From Thermoproteota archaeon (lineage in GTDB: Archaea > Thermoproteota > Methanomethylicia > Culexarchaeales > Culexarchaeaceae), in NCBI GenBank assembly GCA_020833005.1, contig JAJHRD010000002.1, positions 70,287-134,286 on the forward strand: 64,000 nucleotides of DNA, written 5' to 3'. Under the pieces are notes generated by a model. That model saw nothing but the letters and a program-made list of their open reading frames with translations. It was not told the DNA's origin and searched no databases. Each line of letters starts with the position of its first letter. The stretch's first letter is position 1. Made by a program: the position numbers and the translations under genes. Below are positions 27,360-37,804 of this stretch, piece by piece.

Positions 27360-27439
27360 ATTCATAGGAGGAGACAAACAGTATTTAAGAAAAGTATAAT
27401 AGAGAGAGATTATTGGATAAACATTAGCAAAGTAAGTAT

Positions 27440-27952
27440 GTGATGATGGGGAAGCTTATGAAGAGTACTAAAAGCTTTACATTCCTGGTTGAGGGGGGGA
27501 AAGCTACAGGAGGACCCCCCATAGGCCCATCCCTAGGACCTCTGGGAATAAATGTAATGCAAGTGGTAAATGAGATAAATGAGAAAACAAAGGAGTTTCT
27601 TGGGATGAGAGTTCCAGTCACGGTAACTGTAGATGTTGAAACAAAGAAGTTTTCCGTAGAAGTTGGAATACCAACAACAGCAGCCCTAATACTTAGAGAG
27701 ATAAAAGCAGAGAAGGGGTCTGGAACACCACACGCAAATAAGGTTGGAAATTTAACAATACAACAGGCTATAAAAATAGCAAAAATAAAAAGGCCACAAC
27801 TATTGGCAAAAACACTTAAAGCAGCTGTAAAGGAGATTTTAGGAACATGTGTGAGTATGGGAGTCACAGTGGAGGGGAAAGACCCACGAATCGTTCAAAA
27901 GGAAATAGATGAAGGGAAGTATGACAAAATATTTGAGGAGGCTGAAAGGTAA
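27440..27952 (+). CDS. rpl11: Ribosomal protein L11
   Basis: [25 protein letters not shown]. The true start may be the ATG at 27458. Confidence 0.9.
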   Translation: MMMGKLMKSTKSFTFLVEGGKATGGPPIGPSLGPLGINVMQVVNEINEKTKEFLGMRVPVTVTVDVETKKFSVEVGIPTTAALILREIKAEKGSGTPHANKVGNLTIQQAIKIAKIKRPQLLAKTLKAAVKEILGTCVSMGVTVEGKDPRIVQKEIDEGKYDKIFEEAER

Positions 27953-28600
27953 ATGTCATCACTGGAAGATAAATTGAGAGATGCAATAGAAGAAGCAAAG
28001 AAGGAGTCTAAGAAAAGGAACTTCAAACAATCCGTAGAGCTAATAATAAATTTAAGAGATGTTGACTTAAAGAAGCCGGAAAACAGGATAAACGAAAAGG
28101 TCATACTTCCAAATCAAATAGGGAAGGAAATAAGCGTATGCGTTTTTGGAGATGGAGACTTTGCATCAAAAGCTAAAGAGGCAGGGGCAAAGGCAGTTAT
28201 TAGCAGGGAAGCATTGGAAAAGCTGGCATCAAATAAAAAGGAATTAAAGAAGTTGGCTGAAAATTATGATGTATTCATAGCTAGAGCAGACTACATGCCG
28301 CTCATAGGCAGACACCTAGGACCTATACTGGGGCCTAGAAATAAAATGCCCGAACCAATACCACCCACAGGAGACATAGCCTCAGCAATAAGTAAAGCAC
28401 AAAATACTATTTGGATTAGAACTAGAAATCAACCATTAATACAATGCATAATTGGCACAGAAGACATGCCAACAGAGAAACTTTTAGAAAATGCATTAAC
28501 AGTGATATCAAAGATAAGAGAAAAGTTTAAAAGCTTAAGGAATATTGAGTCAATATACATTAAGACCACCATGGGAAAACCAGTAAAAATCACTGTGTGA
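27953..28600 (+). CDS. rpl1: Ribosomal protein L1
   Basis: 215 aa. Conserved position after L11 and the general L1 profile (KKRNFKQSVELIINL). Confidence 0.9.
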   Translation: MSSLEDKLRDAIEEAKKESKKRNFKQSVELIINLRDVDLKKPENRINEKVILPNQIGKEISVCVFGDGDFASKAKEAGAKAVISREALEKLASNKKELKKLAENYDVFIARADYMPLIGRHLGPILGPRNKMPEPIPPTGDIASAISKAQNTIWIRTRNQPLIQCIIGTEDMPTEKLLENALTVISKIREKFKSLRNIESIYIKTTMGKPVKITV

Positions 28601-28611
28601 AGTGATGAACA

Positions 28612-29643
28612 ATGTTGAAAACCATTGAGAAGAAAATTCCGAAAAAAGTGAAGAAGCAAAAAGTCTTAGAAGAACTAATGGAACTAATGAAGTCCAATGA
28701 GATAATAGCCATAGCATCTCTAAAAGGGTTGAGAGCTCGTCAATTACAGGAAATACGTAAAATATTGAGAAACAATGGTATCTACTTGAAGGTAGCTAAA
28801 AACACTCTGTTCAAAAAAGCAATCGAAGAATGTTCAAATGATCTGAAGAACATAGAGGCTTTAGAGAAATACTTGTCAGAACAAAATGCATTCATATTTT
28901 CAAATGGAAACCCATTTGAACTTGCACTAATACTGGAAAAGAATAAGGTATATATGGAAGCAAAGGCAGGGGATATTGCACAAAATGACATAATAGTGCC
29001 AGCTGGAAATACTGGAATGACTCCTGGACCAATAATAAGTAAATTCAATGCATTAAAAATCCCAGTGAAAATTGAGGAAGGATCTATATGGATAACTAAA
29101 GATACCATAGTTGCCAAGAAGGGGGATATAATAAGCCCAGACTTAGCAGATATACTTAAAAGGTTGAATATAAAACCCATCGAGGTGAAGATGAGGATAA
29201 AAGCATTATACTTTAATGGAAGAATACTTGGAGAAGAAGAACTTAAACTAAATATCGAAGAATACCACCAAATGATAAAAGATGCCGTTAGAAACGCATA
29301 CGTAATAGCCATAGACGCTGCACTCCCAATACCAGAAGTAATGGTTCAAGTAATAACTAAAGCTGCAAGAATTGCGAGGAAAATTGCAGCAGAAATCGCT
29401 ACACCAGAACCGGGAATTATAAAGGAAACATTGGCAATCGCAAATAGTAGGGCATTAATGTTAGCTATGAAGCTCATGCAAATAAATCCAGAATTAAAAA
29501 TTATTGAGGGAATAACAATGCCTGCAGCAGCCAGTGCAGCACCATCAGCTGAAGCAAAACCAAAGGAGGAAAAGAAGAAGGAAGAGAAGGAGGAGAAGGA
29601 GGAGGAAGAGATAGCAGAAGGACTAGCATCACTATTCGGATAA
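28612..29643 (+). CDS. rpl10: Ribosomal stalk protein P0 (L10)
   Basis: 343 aa with the acidic tail ...EEKKKEEKEEKEEEEIAEGLASLFG. Confidence 0.9.
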   Translation: MLKTIEKKIPKKVKKQKVLEELMELMKSNEIIAIASLKGLRARQLQEIRKILRNNGIYLKVAKNTLFKKAIEECSNDLKNIEALEKYLSEQNAFIFSNGNPFELALILEKNKVYMEAKAGDIAQNDIIVPAGNTGMTPGPIISKFNALKIPVKIEEGSIWITKDTIVAKKGDIISPDLADILKRLNIKPIEVKMRIKALYFNGRILGEEELKLNIEEYHQMIKDAVRNAYVIAIDAALPIPEVMVQVITKAARIARKIAAEIATPEPGIIKETLAIANSRALMLAMKLMQINPELKIIEGITMPAAASAAPSAEAKPKEEKKKEEKEEKEEEEIAEGLASLFG

Positions 29644-29653
29644 ACAACTTTAA
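29514..29653 (+). repeat. Copy 1 of a perfect 140-bp direct repeat (3' end of rpl10 plus 10 nt past the stop)
   Basis: Identical to 29894-30033 when read base by base. Confidence 0.9.
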
Positions 29654-29684
29654 ATATACGTTTTATAACTCTTTTAATCGCATA

Positions 29685-30023
29685 TTGGAGGTGATTAGTA
29701 TAGAATACGTATATGCAAGCCTCCTCTTACACTACGCTAAAAAGCCAATTGAAGAAAAGAGCTTAAGAAGGATACTAGAGGCAGCTGGCATTGAAGTGGA
29801 TGATGTCAGATTGAAAGCTATGGTGGCAGCTTTAAAGGAAGTCAATATAGATGAAGCAATAAGTGCAGCCTCAACAATCACCCCAACAGTAGCAACAATG
29901 CCTGCAGCAGCCAGTGCAGCACCATCAGCTGAAGCAAAACCAAAGGAGGAAAAGAAGAAGGAAGAGAAGGAGGAGAAGGAGGAGGAAGAGATAGCAGAAG
30001 GACTAGCATCACTATTCGGATAA
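29685..30023 (+). CDS. rpl12: Ribosomal stalk protein P1 (L12)
   Basis: YVYASLLLHYAKKPIEEKSLRRILEAAGIEVD, and the same acidic tail as P0. Start codon is uncertain (TTG at 29685 or GTG at 29691). Confidence 0.85.
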   Translation: MEVISIEYVYASLLLHYAKKPIEEKSLRRILEAAGIEVDDVRLKAMVAALKEVNIDEAISAASTITPTVATMPAAASAAPSAEAKPKEEKKKEEKEEKEEEEIAEGLASLFG

Positions 30024-30033
30024 ACAACTTTAA
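29894..30033 (+). repeat. Copy 2 of the perfect 140-bp direct repeat (3' end of rpl12 plus 10 nt past the stop)
   Basis: Identical to 29514-29653. Confidence 0.9.
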
Positions 30034-30177
30034 TAAAATTTTAAGATTTAAGAGAATCATTTATCGAGTTTAATTTACATAATGATGAAATCAACTTAAT
30101 TGTCAAGTAGTTAATATATAATTGTTGAAACTTATCATTAATCTGTAGAGCATAATATAATGGATGGTGGAAAATGA

Positions 30178-32868
30178 ATGAAAGGAAATGTTGATGAATA
30201 TGCAATAGACTACTTTAAGAAAAATGGTTTTGAAAGGAAAATATGTAAAAAATGTGGAAATCCATTTTGGACCATAAACCATAGCAAAACAACTTGCGGG
30301 GAAGCACCATGTGAACCATATGATTTCTTGATAAATCCAATAATGAAGAAGTATAGTTCATTAGACGATTTGAGGAAGACATATTTAACATACTTTGAAA
30401 AAAATGGGCATACAATAATAGACCCATATCCAGTGGTGGCGAGATGGAGGGATGATATTTACTTAACCATTGCTAGCATAGCCGTATTTCAGCCACACAT
30501 AACAAGTGGAGAAGCAGATCCACCTGCAAATCCACTGGTAATTTCACAACCATGTATAAGATTAGTTGACATTGACGATGTGGGAAAAAGCATGAAACAT
30601 TTAACAATATTTGAAATGGCAGCCCACCATGCCTTCAACTATCCAAACAAGGAGATCTATTGGAAGGATAAAACCGTAGAATTATGCCACAACTTCCTAA
30701 CGGAAATAATGAATGTAGATCCAATGAACATAACTTACAAGGAAAGCTGGTGGGAGGGAGGGGGGAATGCAGGTCCTTGTCTAGAGGTGTGTGTGGGAGG
30801 ATTAGAGATAGCCACACTAGTATTCATGATGTATAAAGTGATAGATGACAAATATGAGTTAATGCCCATGCGAATAGTTGATACCGGATATGGACTTGAA
30901 AGGATATTATGGGAATCGCAAAGCAAACCAACTATATTCCATTCCATATACGATGAAATATTAAATGATGTTCTATCAAAGAGTGATATTGAAGATAAAT
31001 CTGAGATGCTAAGGAAATACGTATATAAATCTTCAATGGGAGACAGACAAGACTATAAAACCTATGGAGAATACTTAAATACAATACAAGGGGTATTTGC
31101 ATTACTAGACTATACCAAATGCTTAACATTCATGCTTGCAGACGGCCTTGTACCATCAAACTCAGGGGGAGGATATCTGGCAAGACTCCTTATAAGAAGA
31201 GCCTTAAGATTAATCAACACAACGAAAATAAATCTTTCACTAAAAGATCTAATTAAACTTCAAATAAGGAAATGGGGAAAAACGTACAGACACATAGCAG
31301 AAATGGAGGAGGAAATATATGACATGTTAAACGAGGAGGAGGAGAAGTATATTGCCACGATGAAGCGTGGGGAAAGGATAATTCAAAACATAATAAATGA
31401 GGTAAAAAGGAAGGGTGCAAATACAATACCATCATCAAAACTCATAGAACTCTATGATTCCCAAGGGATACCACCAGAAATGGTTCAAGAAGTTGCAAAG
31501 AAGAATGATATTAAAGTAGAAGTGCCTGAGAACTTTTACTCAGAAGTGGTTAAAAGGCACTTAAAAGCATGTGGAAGTGGAGAAAAGAAGGAATTGAAAA
31601 TAAGCATTGAAAAGTATCCTCCAACTAAAAGGATATATTATGATGACCCATATCAATTTGAATTTGAAGCAAAGGTCATAGGGATTGAAGGAAACAAAAT
31701 AATACTAGATTCCACAGCATTCTATCCTGAAGGGGGAGGACAACCTTACGATCAAGGGGTAATAACATGGAATGGAGGAAATGCAAAGATAATAAATGTA
31801 CAAAAGGTGGGAGATGTAATTCTACATGAAGTAGAAGGAGATAAACCGCCCTTAGGAGAAATTATACATGGATTTATAGATGTTGAAAGAAGATTAGCGT
31901 TGATGAGAAGCCATACAGCCACACATATACTGGTAGCTGCACTAATGAAAGTATTAGGAAAACACATTTGGCAAGCTGGAGCACAAAAAGACGTATACAA
32001 AAATCGTTTAGACGTAACTCATCATAAACAGTTAAGCGATGTGGAAATAGAGAAGGTTGAAGAAATTGCCAACACTTACGTTTTAAAAAATGTTGATGTT
32101 AAAGTGTATGAAATGCCTAGAGCTGAAGCAGAAAGGAAATATGGAGTAAGAATCTATCAGGGGGGCGTAGTGCCTGGAAGGAATGTGAGGATAGTGGAAA
32201 TAGAGGGAATAAACGTTCAAGCATGCGGAGGATTACATGTAAAGAGGACAGGTGAAGTGGGATTAATAAAGATATTAAAATGCAATAAAATTCAAGATGG
32301 AGTCCTGAGGCTTGAATTCACATGTGGACTATCATCACTAAAACATATACAAAACAAGGAGAAACTAATAAAAGAGGCTACAAAGATCTTAAATACACAA
32401 GAAGAACATCTAATTAAAAACATTGAAAAGCTAAAGGGTGAAAACGAAAAAGTGAAATTAGAATACAGACAGCTCTGGAAGAAACATATACAAGAAATTA
32501 TATTGAAAAACATTATTCCCAATCCAATAGTATACGACCATACAAAAATATTCATAGCGAAATTCAATGACCTCACAAAAGAACAGATGATAGAAATTGG
32601 TGGGGAAATCCTAAAAATGGAGAAGGAGGCAATGGTTATAATATTAAATATGAATGCCAACTTCATTAATTATGTAGTAATGATGAATGAAGATTTAGTG
32701 GATAGAGGGTTGAATGCATCCATAATTGCGGAGAGGATATCAAAAATATTAGAAGGGAAGGGCGGGGGAGATAAAACCATAGCACAAGGATACGGCAAAA
32801 GAATAGATAGAATCGCCATGATAGAAGAGGAAGTGAAGAAATATATTAAAGAGTTGCAGAAAACTTAG
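30178..32868 (+). CDS. alaS: Alanyl-tRNA synthetase
   Basis: 896 aa. Archaeal AlaRS N-terminus (FERKICKKCGNPFW), HxxxH editing motifs (HTATHIL), and the C-terminal oligomerisation region. Confidence 0.95.
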   Translation: MKGNVDEYAIDYFKKNGFERKICKKCGNPFWTINHSKTTCGEAPCEPYDFLINPIMKKYSSLDDLRKTYLTYFEKNGHTIIDPYPVVARWRDDIYLTIASIAVFQPHITSGEADPPANPLVISQPCIRLVDIDDVGKSMKHLTIFEMAAHHAFNYPNKEIYWKDKTVELCHNFLTEIMNVDPMNITYKESWWEGGGNAGPCLEVCVGGLEIATLVFMMYKVIDDKYELMPMRIVDTGYGLERILWESQSKPTIFHSIYDEILNDVLSKSDIEDKSEMLRKYVYKSSMGDRQDYKTYGEYLNTIQGVFALLDYTKCLTFMLADGLVPSNSGGGYLARLLIRRALRLINTTKINLSLKDLIKLQIRKWGKTYRHIAEMEEEIYDMLNEEEEKYIATMKRGERIIQNIINEVKRKGANTIPSSKLIELYDSQGIPPEMVQEVAKKNDIKVEVPENFYSEVVKRHLKACGSGEKKELKISIEKYPPTKRIYYDDPYQFEFEAKVIGIEGNKIILDSTAFYPEGGGQPYDQGVITWNGGNAKIINVQKVGDVILHEVEGDKPPLGEIIHGFIDVERRLALMRSHTATHILVAALMKVLGKHIWQAGAQKDVYKNRLDVTHHKQLSDVEIEKVEEIANTYVLKNVDVKVYEMPRAEAERKYGVRIYQGGVVPGRNVRIVEIEGINVQACGGLHVKRTGEVGLIKILKCNKIQDGVLRLEFTCGLSSLKHIQNKEKLIKEATKILNTQEEHLIKNIEKLKGENEKVKLEYRQLWKKHIQEIILKNIIPNPIVYDHTKIFIAKFNDLTKEQMIEIGGEILKMEKEAMVIILNMNANFINYVVMMNEDLVDRGLNASIIAERISKILEGKGGGDKTIAQGYGKRIDRIAMIEEEVKKYIKELQKT

Positions 32869-32911
32869 TATTAAAGTAAACAGTAATTGATTAATTGAAT
32901 ATTAAAAAAAT

Positions 32912-33583
32912 ATGATACCTATGAATCTAGAAATACTGAAGGAAGCCATAATAGATATGAGATACTTACTCAATAGAGGGTATAATCGAAAGACTGCAGC
33001 AGACTATGTAACATCAAGGTATAAGTTAAGTAAAGAAGAAAGAGCTATAATATTTAGAGCAGTATACCCAGATGAGCAAGCAAAGAGTAGATTAAAGAAG
33101 TTAATCAACATAGAGGAAGTTGCTGGAAATACACTTTTAATAGATGGGTTTAATAATATAATTACCATAGAAAACGCATTAAGAGGAGCAATACTAATAA
33201 AATGCGATGATGGACTAATACGTGATATATCATACACGTCTAGAAAGTTCAAAATGACACAATATACTGAAAAAGCAATAATGCTGATATTTGAAACATT
33301 AAGAATGTGCAGAGCAAAAGAATCGATATTCTTTTTTGATGAACAGATAAGCTTCAGCGGTGAAATAGCATCAAAAATAAGGCAAAAAATGAGGGAAGAA
33401 GGGGTAAATGGAGATGCAAGAACATCTAAAAGGAATGATACTGAAATCATATCAAAAGGTGGGATAATAGCATCAAGTGATTCATTAATAATGGAAAGAG
33501 CTAATAAAATATTCGATCTTGCTGGATATATAATAAACTCAAAATTTAAGGAAAGAATACTCGATATTACAATATTCAAATAG
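32912..33583 (+). CDS. Conserved archaeal protein with an N-terminal DUF434-like region and a NYN/PIN-like nuclease-fold core
   Basis: 223 aa. LLIDGFNNII resembles the NYN/YacP signature LLVDGYN. Family names are given from memory. Confidence 0.45.
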   Translation: MIPMNLEILKEAIIDMRYLLNRGYNRKTAADYVTSRYKLSKEERAIIFRAVYPDEQAKSRLKKLINIEEVAGNTLLIDGFNNIITIENALRGAILIKCDDGLIRDISYTSRKFKMTQYTEKAIMLIFETLRMCRAKESIFFFDEQISFSGEIASKIRQKMREEGVNGDARTSKRNDTEIISKGGIIASSDSLIMERANKIFDLAGYIINSKFKERILDITIFK

Positions 33584-33641
33584 CGTGATATGTGAACAAG
33601 ACACTACTAAAATAATGCCAAAATCGAAATTTAATTGGATG

Positions 33642-33716
33642 CGGGCCCGCCGGGATTTGAACCCGGGACCCCTGGCTCCGAAGGCCAGTGCTCTATCCAA
33701 ACTGAGCTACGGGCCC
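33642..33716 (-). tRNA. tRNA-Arg (anticodon TCG)
   Basis: The reverse complement gives GGGCCCG...CTGGC-CTTCGGA-GCCAG...CGGGCCC-G. Confidence 0.9.
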
Positions 33717-33824
33717 ATCCACAATTACGATATCACAATAAATGTAACATCAAACACAACTCAATAATTATCATTCGAAAAATATTAATAAATATGCTCA
33801 ATTTAATTCTAATGATAAATTCTA

Positions 33825-33899
33825 GCCCAGGTGGTGTAGCCCGGTCTAACATCCGAGCCTGTCGAGCTCGGGCCCCGGGTTCAAATCCCGGCCTGGGCG
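33825..33899 (+). tRNA. tRNA-Asp (anticodon GTC)
   Basis: GCCCAGG/CCTGGGC acceptor stem and anticodon loop CTGTCGA. CCA is encoded. Confidence 0.9.
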
Positions 33900-33980
33900 C
33901 CATTCAATACCGTTGTGAGAGAGTAATTTTTTAATATTCACATTAACATGAAATATTTGGGTTTAAAATTCAGTTGCAGT

Positions 33981-34055
33981 GGGCCCGTAGCTCAGCCAGG
34001 ACAGAGCAGTGGGCTTTTAACCCATTGGTCGCGGGTTCAAATCCCGCCGGGCCCG
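33981..34055 (+). tRNA. tRNA-Lys (anticodon TTT)
   Basis: GGGCCCG/CGGGCCC acceptor stem and anticodon loop CTTTTAA. CCA is encoded. Confidence 0.9.
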
Positions 34056-34225
34056 CCAAATATTTAATGATGATATTGTATGAGGGAGTTAATCATTATT
34101 AGATGATGAAGTGATAAGGTTAACGCCTCACAATTTATTTAATTGATGAAAAAGCGAAATATTTATTGGTTAGTATTTACGCTTAACATTTTTGACTTAA
34201 TATTTTAATGTTTGGTGATATGGGA

Positions 34226-34468
34226 ATGAGTAAAAAGTTTTCCATTTTTGATCATGTTCTTGTGCCACAACACATACTATTAAGTAAGAAAGAAGCTGAG
34301 GAAGTTTTAAAACAACTCGGTGTAAAACCTCATCAATTACCATACATACGTGTTAGTGATCCAGCTGCAAGAGCTTTGGGGGCTAAGAGGGGGGATATAA
34401 TAAAGATTATCAGGAAGAGTCCTACAGCAGGAACTACGATAGTATATAGGTATGTGGTTCCAGGGTGA
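34226..34468 (+). CDS. rpoH: RNA polymerase subunit H (Rpb5 homologue)
   Basis: [58 protein letters not shown]. Start at the ATG at 34226 by comparison with Sulfolobus RpoH. Confidence 0.9.
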   Translation: MSKKFSIFDHVLVPQHILLSKKEAEEVLKQLGVKPHQLPYIRVSDPAARALGAKRGDIIKIIRKSPTAGTTIVYRYVVPG

Positions 34469-34473
34469 ATGGT

Positions 34474-37400
34474 ATGGTTAAATTAAAAGATGAAGATAGA
34501 TGGGCTTTAATGGAAGCATTCTTTAAAGAGAAAGGTCTTGTCAGACAGCACTTAGATTCATTCAATGATTTTGTAACTAGAGGGATTCAACAAATAGTGG
34601 ATGAGCAAGGAGAGATTGAGACAAGCATACCTGGATTGAAGGTTAGATTGGGAGAAATAAAGATAGGAGAACCTACAGTTCTTGAGGCAGATGGTTCTGA
34701 AGATAAAATTTATCCCATGGATGCTAGGCTTAGAAATCTAACCTATGCAGCATCGATATATTTAACAATGATACCAGTTGAAGACAATATAGAGGGGGAA
34801 AGAGTAGAAGTTTTCATAGGAAGACTCCCAATAATGGTTAAATCCATCAAATGTAGATTAAACGGGTTAAGTAGGGAACAACTCATAGAGCAAGGGGAGG
34901 ATCCAGACGACCCTGGAGGATACTTCATAATAAACGGTTCTGAGAGAGTACTTGTGGCACAAGAAGACCTTGTGGCAAACAGGATACTGGTGGATGTGGG
35001 GAGAGCAGGCTCCTCCGCAACACACACCGCAAAAGTCTTCTCAACAGCTGCAGGATATAGGGTGCCAATAACGCTCATTAGGTTAAGGGATGGAACACTC
35101 CACGTATCATTCCCATCAGTTCCTGGTAGAATACCATTATGCATACTTATGAAGAGCCTTGGATTAAAGACGGATAAGGAAATAGTGGAAACAGTTTCAG
35201 ATGACCCTGAAATACAGCAATTAATGATACCTTCACTAGACCAAGCTTCTGCAATAACAACCGTTGAAGACGCTTTAGATTACATTGGAAATCGTGTTGC
35301 AATAGGGCAAACTAGAGAGTACCGTATTCAGAGAGCACAACAAATACTTGATAAATATTTCCTTCCACACCTAGGGACAGATGCCAGAAGTAGGAAGAAA
35401 AAGGCATTATTCTTAGGGCAAATGGCTGAAAAGCTACTTGAACTGGTGTTAGGTAGACGAAAACCAGATGATAAAGACCATTACGCAAATAAAAGACTAA
35501 AACTTGCCGGAGACTTATTAATGAGCCTATTCAGAGTGGCATTTAAGAATCTATGTAGAGATGTAAGATATCAGCTTGAACGCGCAAAAAGCAGAGGGAG
35601 AAGAATAAACATAGTGAATTTAGTGAGAGCAGACATAATCACGGAGAGACTAAGACATGCCATAGCAACTGGTAATTGGGTTGGAGGAAAGGTGGGTGTA
35701 AGCCAGCTTCTAGATAGAACAAACTATATGTCAACACTAAGCCATCTTAGAAGGGTCGTTTCACCATTGAGCAGAAGTCAACCACACTTCGAAGCGAGGG
35801 ATCTACACTCAACACACTGGGGTAGACTATGTCCAACAGAAACCCCTGAAGGCCCCAACTGTGGCCTCGTAAAGAATTTAGCATTAATGGCAATAGTGTC
35901 TGTGGGCACAGATGAAGAGAGCATAGAGAGAAAGCTCATCCACCAACTTGGAGTCATACCCATAGAGGTAGCGAAACGGGAAAAGATAGCTGGGGCAAAA
36001 GTATTCTTAAATGGATGCCTAATAGGGGTTCATCCAAACCCAGAAGCTCTATGCACAGAATTTAGAAAACTCCGCAGACTTGGAAAAATACACTATGAAG
36101 TAAACATCGCACATTACAAGGACGAATACATAAATGAAGTATATGTAAATTGCGATGCTGGAAGAGTTCTACGCCCACTATTCGTAGTTGAAAATGGAGA
36201 AGTAACCATCACAGAAGAAGTGATCAATAAAGTGAAGAGAGGGGAACTTTCATGGAGTGATGTTGTAAAAAATGGATACATTGAATATCTGGATGCAGAA
36301 GAAGAGGAAAACGCATACATAGCAGTAAAAGAAGAAGAATTAACTAAAGAGCATACACACCTAGAAATAGCACCACCAACAATATTGGGAATATGTGCAT
36401 CCATAATACCCTACGCTGAACATAATCAATCTCCAAGGAATTCATATGAAGCAGCCATGGCAAAACAAGCCTTAGGACTATATGCAATAAACCAACATAT
36501 AAGAATGGATTCAAGAGCACATCTACTACACTACATCCAAAAACCAATAGTAACAACAAAACCCAGTAAGATAGTTAAATATGAAGAACGCCCCGCAGGA
36601 CAAAACCTAATAGTTGCAGTCTTAACATACTCAGGATATAACATTGAAGACGCAATTATAATAAACAAATCATCCGTGGAAAGAGGCCTAGGACACTCAA
36701 CATTCTTCAGATGCTATGAAGTGGAGGAGAAGAGGTATCCCGGAGGAGAAGTTGACAGAATAGAAGTTCCAGACCCATCTGTAAGAGGGTATAGAGTGGC
36801 CGACGCATATAAACTACTGGATGAAGATGGAATAATAGAACCAGAAGTGGAAGTGAAAGGTGAAGTAGTGCTAGTTGGAAGAACGAGCCCACCAAGATTC
36901 TTAGAAGAACCAACTGGAATAAGAGTTGAAGAACGTACAAGGAGAGAAACCTCCCTCACACTAACACATGGAGAAAGCGGAATTGTCGATAAAGTTTTAC
37001 TAACGAAAACCTCTGAAGGTGATAGACTAGTGAAAGTTAGGGTAAGGGAGATGAGGATACCTGAAATAGGAGACAAATTTGCATCAAGACATGGCCAGAA
37101 GGGGGTAATAGGTATTCTAATTCCACAAGAAGATATGCCATTCACAGAAGATGGAATAGTTCCAGACCTAATAATAAACCCACATGCATTCCCATCAAGA
37201 ATGACATTAGGACAATTACTGGAGAGCATAGCGGGAAAAGTTGGAGCACTTGCAGGAAGATATGTTGATGGAACACCATTCGAAGGTGAAAAGGAGGAGG
37301 ATATAAAGGAAGAGTTGAAGAGACTTGGATTTAAATCAAATGGATGTGAAGTAATGTATGATGGAAGAACAGGGCAAATGTTACAAGCAGAAGTATTTAT

Positions 37401-37803
37401 AGGGGTCGTATATTATCAGAAACTACACCACATGGTTGCAGACAAAATACATGCACGTGCAAGAGGACCTGTACAAATACTAACCAGACAACCAACGGAA
37501 GGAAGGGCTAGGGAAGGGGGGCTGAGATTTGGAGAAATGGAGAGAGACTGCTTAATAAGTCATGGAGCATCAATGCTACTAAAGGAGAGATTACTAGAAG
37601 AATCTGACAAAACAACAGTATATGTGTGTGAAAGATGTGGGACTATAGCATATTATGATGCAAATAGGAGAGAATACGTTTGCAGGATTTGTGGAGATAA
37701 GGCAAAAATCTCACCAGTAATAATGTCATATGCATTTAAACTACTCTTACAAGAATTAATGAGTTTGACAATTATGCCAAAAATAATCTTGGAGGAGATG
37801 TAA
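34474..37803 (+). CDS. rpoB: RNA polymerase subunit B, unsplit as in Crenarchaeota
   Basis: About 1109 aa. It carries the full Rpb2 motif set, including the C-terminal zinc site [11 protein letters not shown]...CRICG. Confidence 0.95.
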   Translation: MVKLKDEDRWALMEAFFKEKGLVRQHLDSFNDFVTRGIQQIVDEQGEIETSIPGLKVRLGEIKIGEPTVLEADGSEDKIYPMDARLRNLTYAASIYLTMIPVEDNIEGERVEVFIGRLPIMVKSIKCRLNGLSREQLIEQGEDPDDPGGYFIINGSERVLVAQEDLVANRILVDVGRAGSSATHTAKVFSTAAGYRVPITLIRLRDGTLHVSFPSVPGRIPLCILMKSLGLKTDKEIVETVSDDPEIQQLMIPSLDQASAITTVEDALDYIGNRVAIGQTREYRIQRAQQILDKYFLPHLGTDARSRKKKALFLGQMAEKLLELVLGRRKPDDKDHYANKRLKLAGDLLMSLFRVAFKNLCRDVRYQLERAKSRGRRINIVNLVRADIITERLRHAIATGNWVGGKVGVSQLLDRTNYMSTLSHLRRVVSPLSRSQPHFEARDLHSTHWGRLCPTETPEGPNCGLVKNLALMAIVSVGTDEESIERKLIHQLGVIPIEVAKREKIAGAKVFLNGCLIGVHPNPEALCTEFRKLRRLGKIHYEVNIAHYKDEYINEVYVNCDAGRVLRPLFVVENGEVTITEEVINKVKRGELSWSDVVKNGYIEYLDAEEEENAYIAVKEEELTKEHTHLEIAPPTILGICASIIPYAEHNQSPRNSYEAAMAKQALGLYAINQHIRMDSRAHLLHYIQKPIVTTKPSKIVKYEERPAGQNLIVAVLTYSGYNIEDAIIINKSSVERGLGHSTFFRCYEVEEKRYPGGEVDRIEVPDPSVRGYRVADAYKLLDEDGIIEPEVEVKGEVVLVGRTSPPRFLEEPTGIRVEERTRRETSLTLTHGESGIVDKVLLTKTSEGDRLVKVRVREMRIPEIGDKFASRHGQKGVIGILIPQEDMPFTEDGIVPDLIINPHAFPSRMTLGQLLESIAGKVGALAGRYVDGTPFEGEKEEDIKEELKRLGFKSNGCEVMYDGRTGQMLQAEVFIGVVYYQKLHHMVADKIHARARGPVQILTRQPTEGRAREGGLRFGEMERDCLISHGASMLLKERLLEESDKTTVYVCERCGTIAYYDANRREYVCRICGDKAKISPVIMSYAFKLLLQELMSLTIMPKIILEEM

Positions 37804-37804
37804 T

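Noticed and set aside
29514-30033. Possible CRISPR or tandem array
   Set aside because: There are only two copies, each 140 bp long and coding (the stalk-protein tails). There is no short-repeat plus spacer periodicity and no cas gene.
30082-30140. Perfect C box AATGATGA upstream of alaS
   Set aside because: No CTGA D or D' box lies within 70 nt downstream. It is more likely a chance motif in the AT-rich alaS promoter region.
33635-33934. 99-aa plus-strand ORF in the track
   Set aside because: It is built almost entirely from the GC-rich sequence of tRNA-Arg and tRNA-Asp, so it is an artefact.
34064-34125. Two ATGATGA boxes after tRNA-Lys that resemble a C/D sRNA
   Set aside because: No CTGA boxes are present. 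The first box instead pairs with ATCATTA 20 nt downstream to form a hairpin, probably a tRNA 3' processing or terminator structure.
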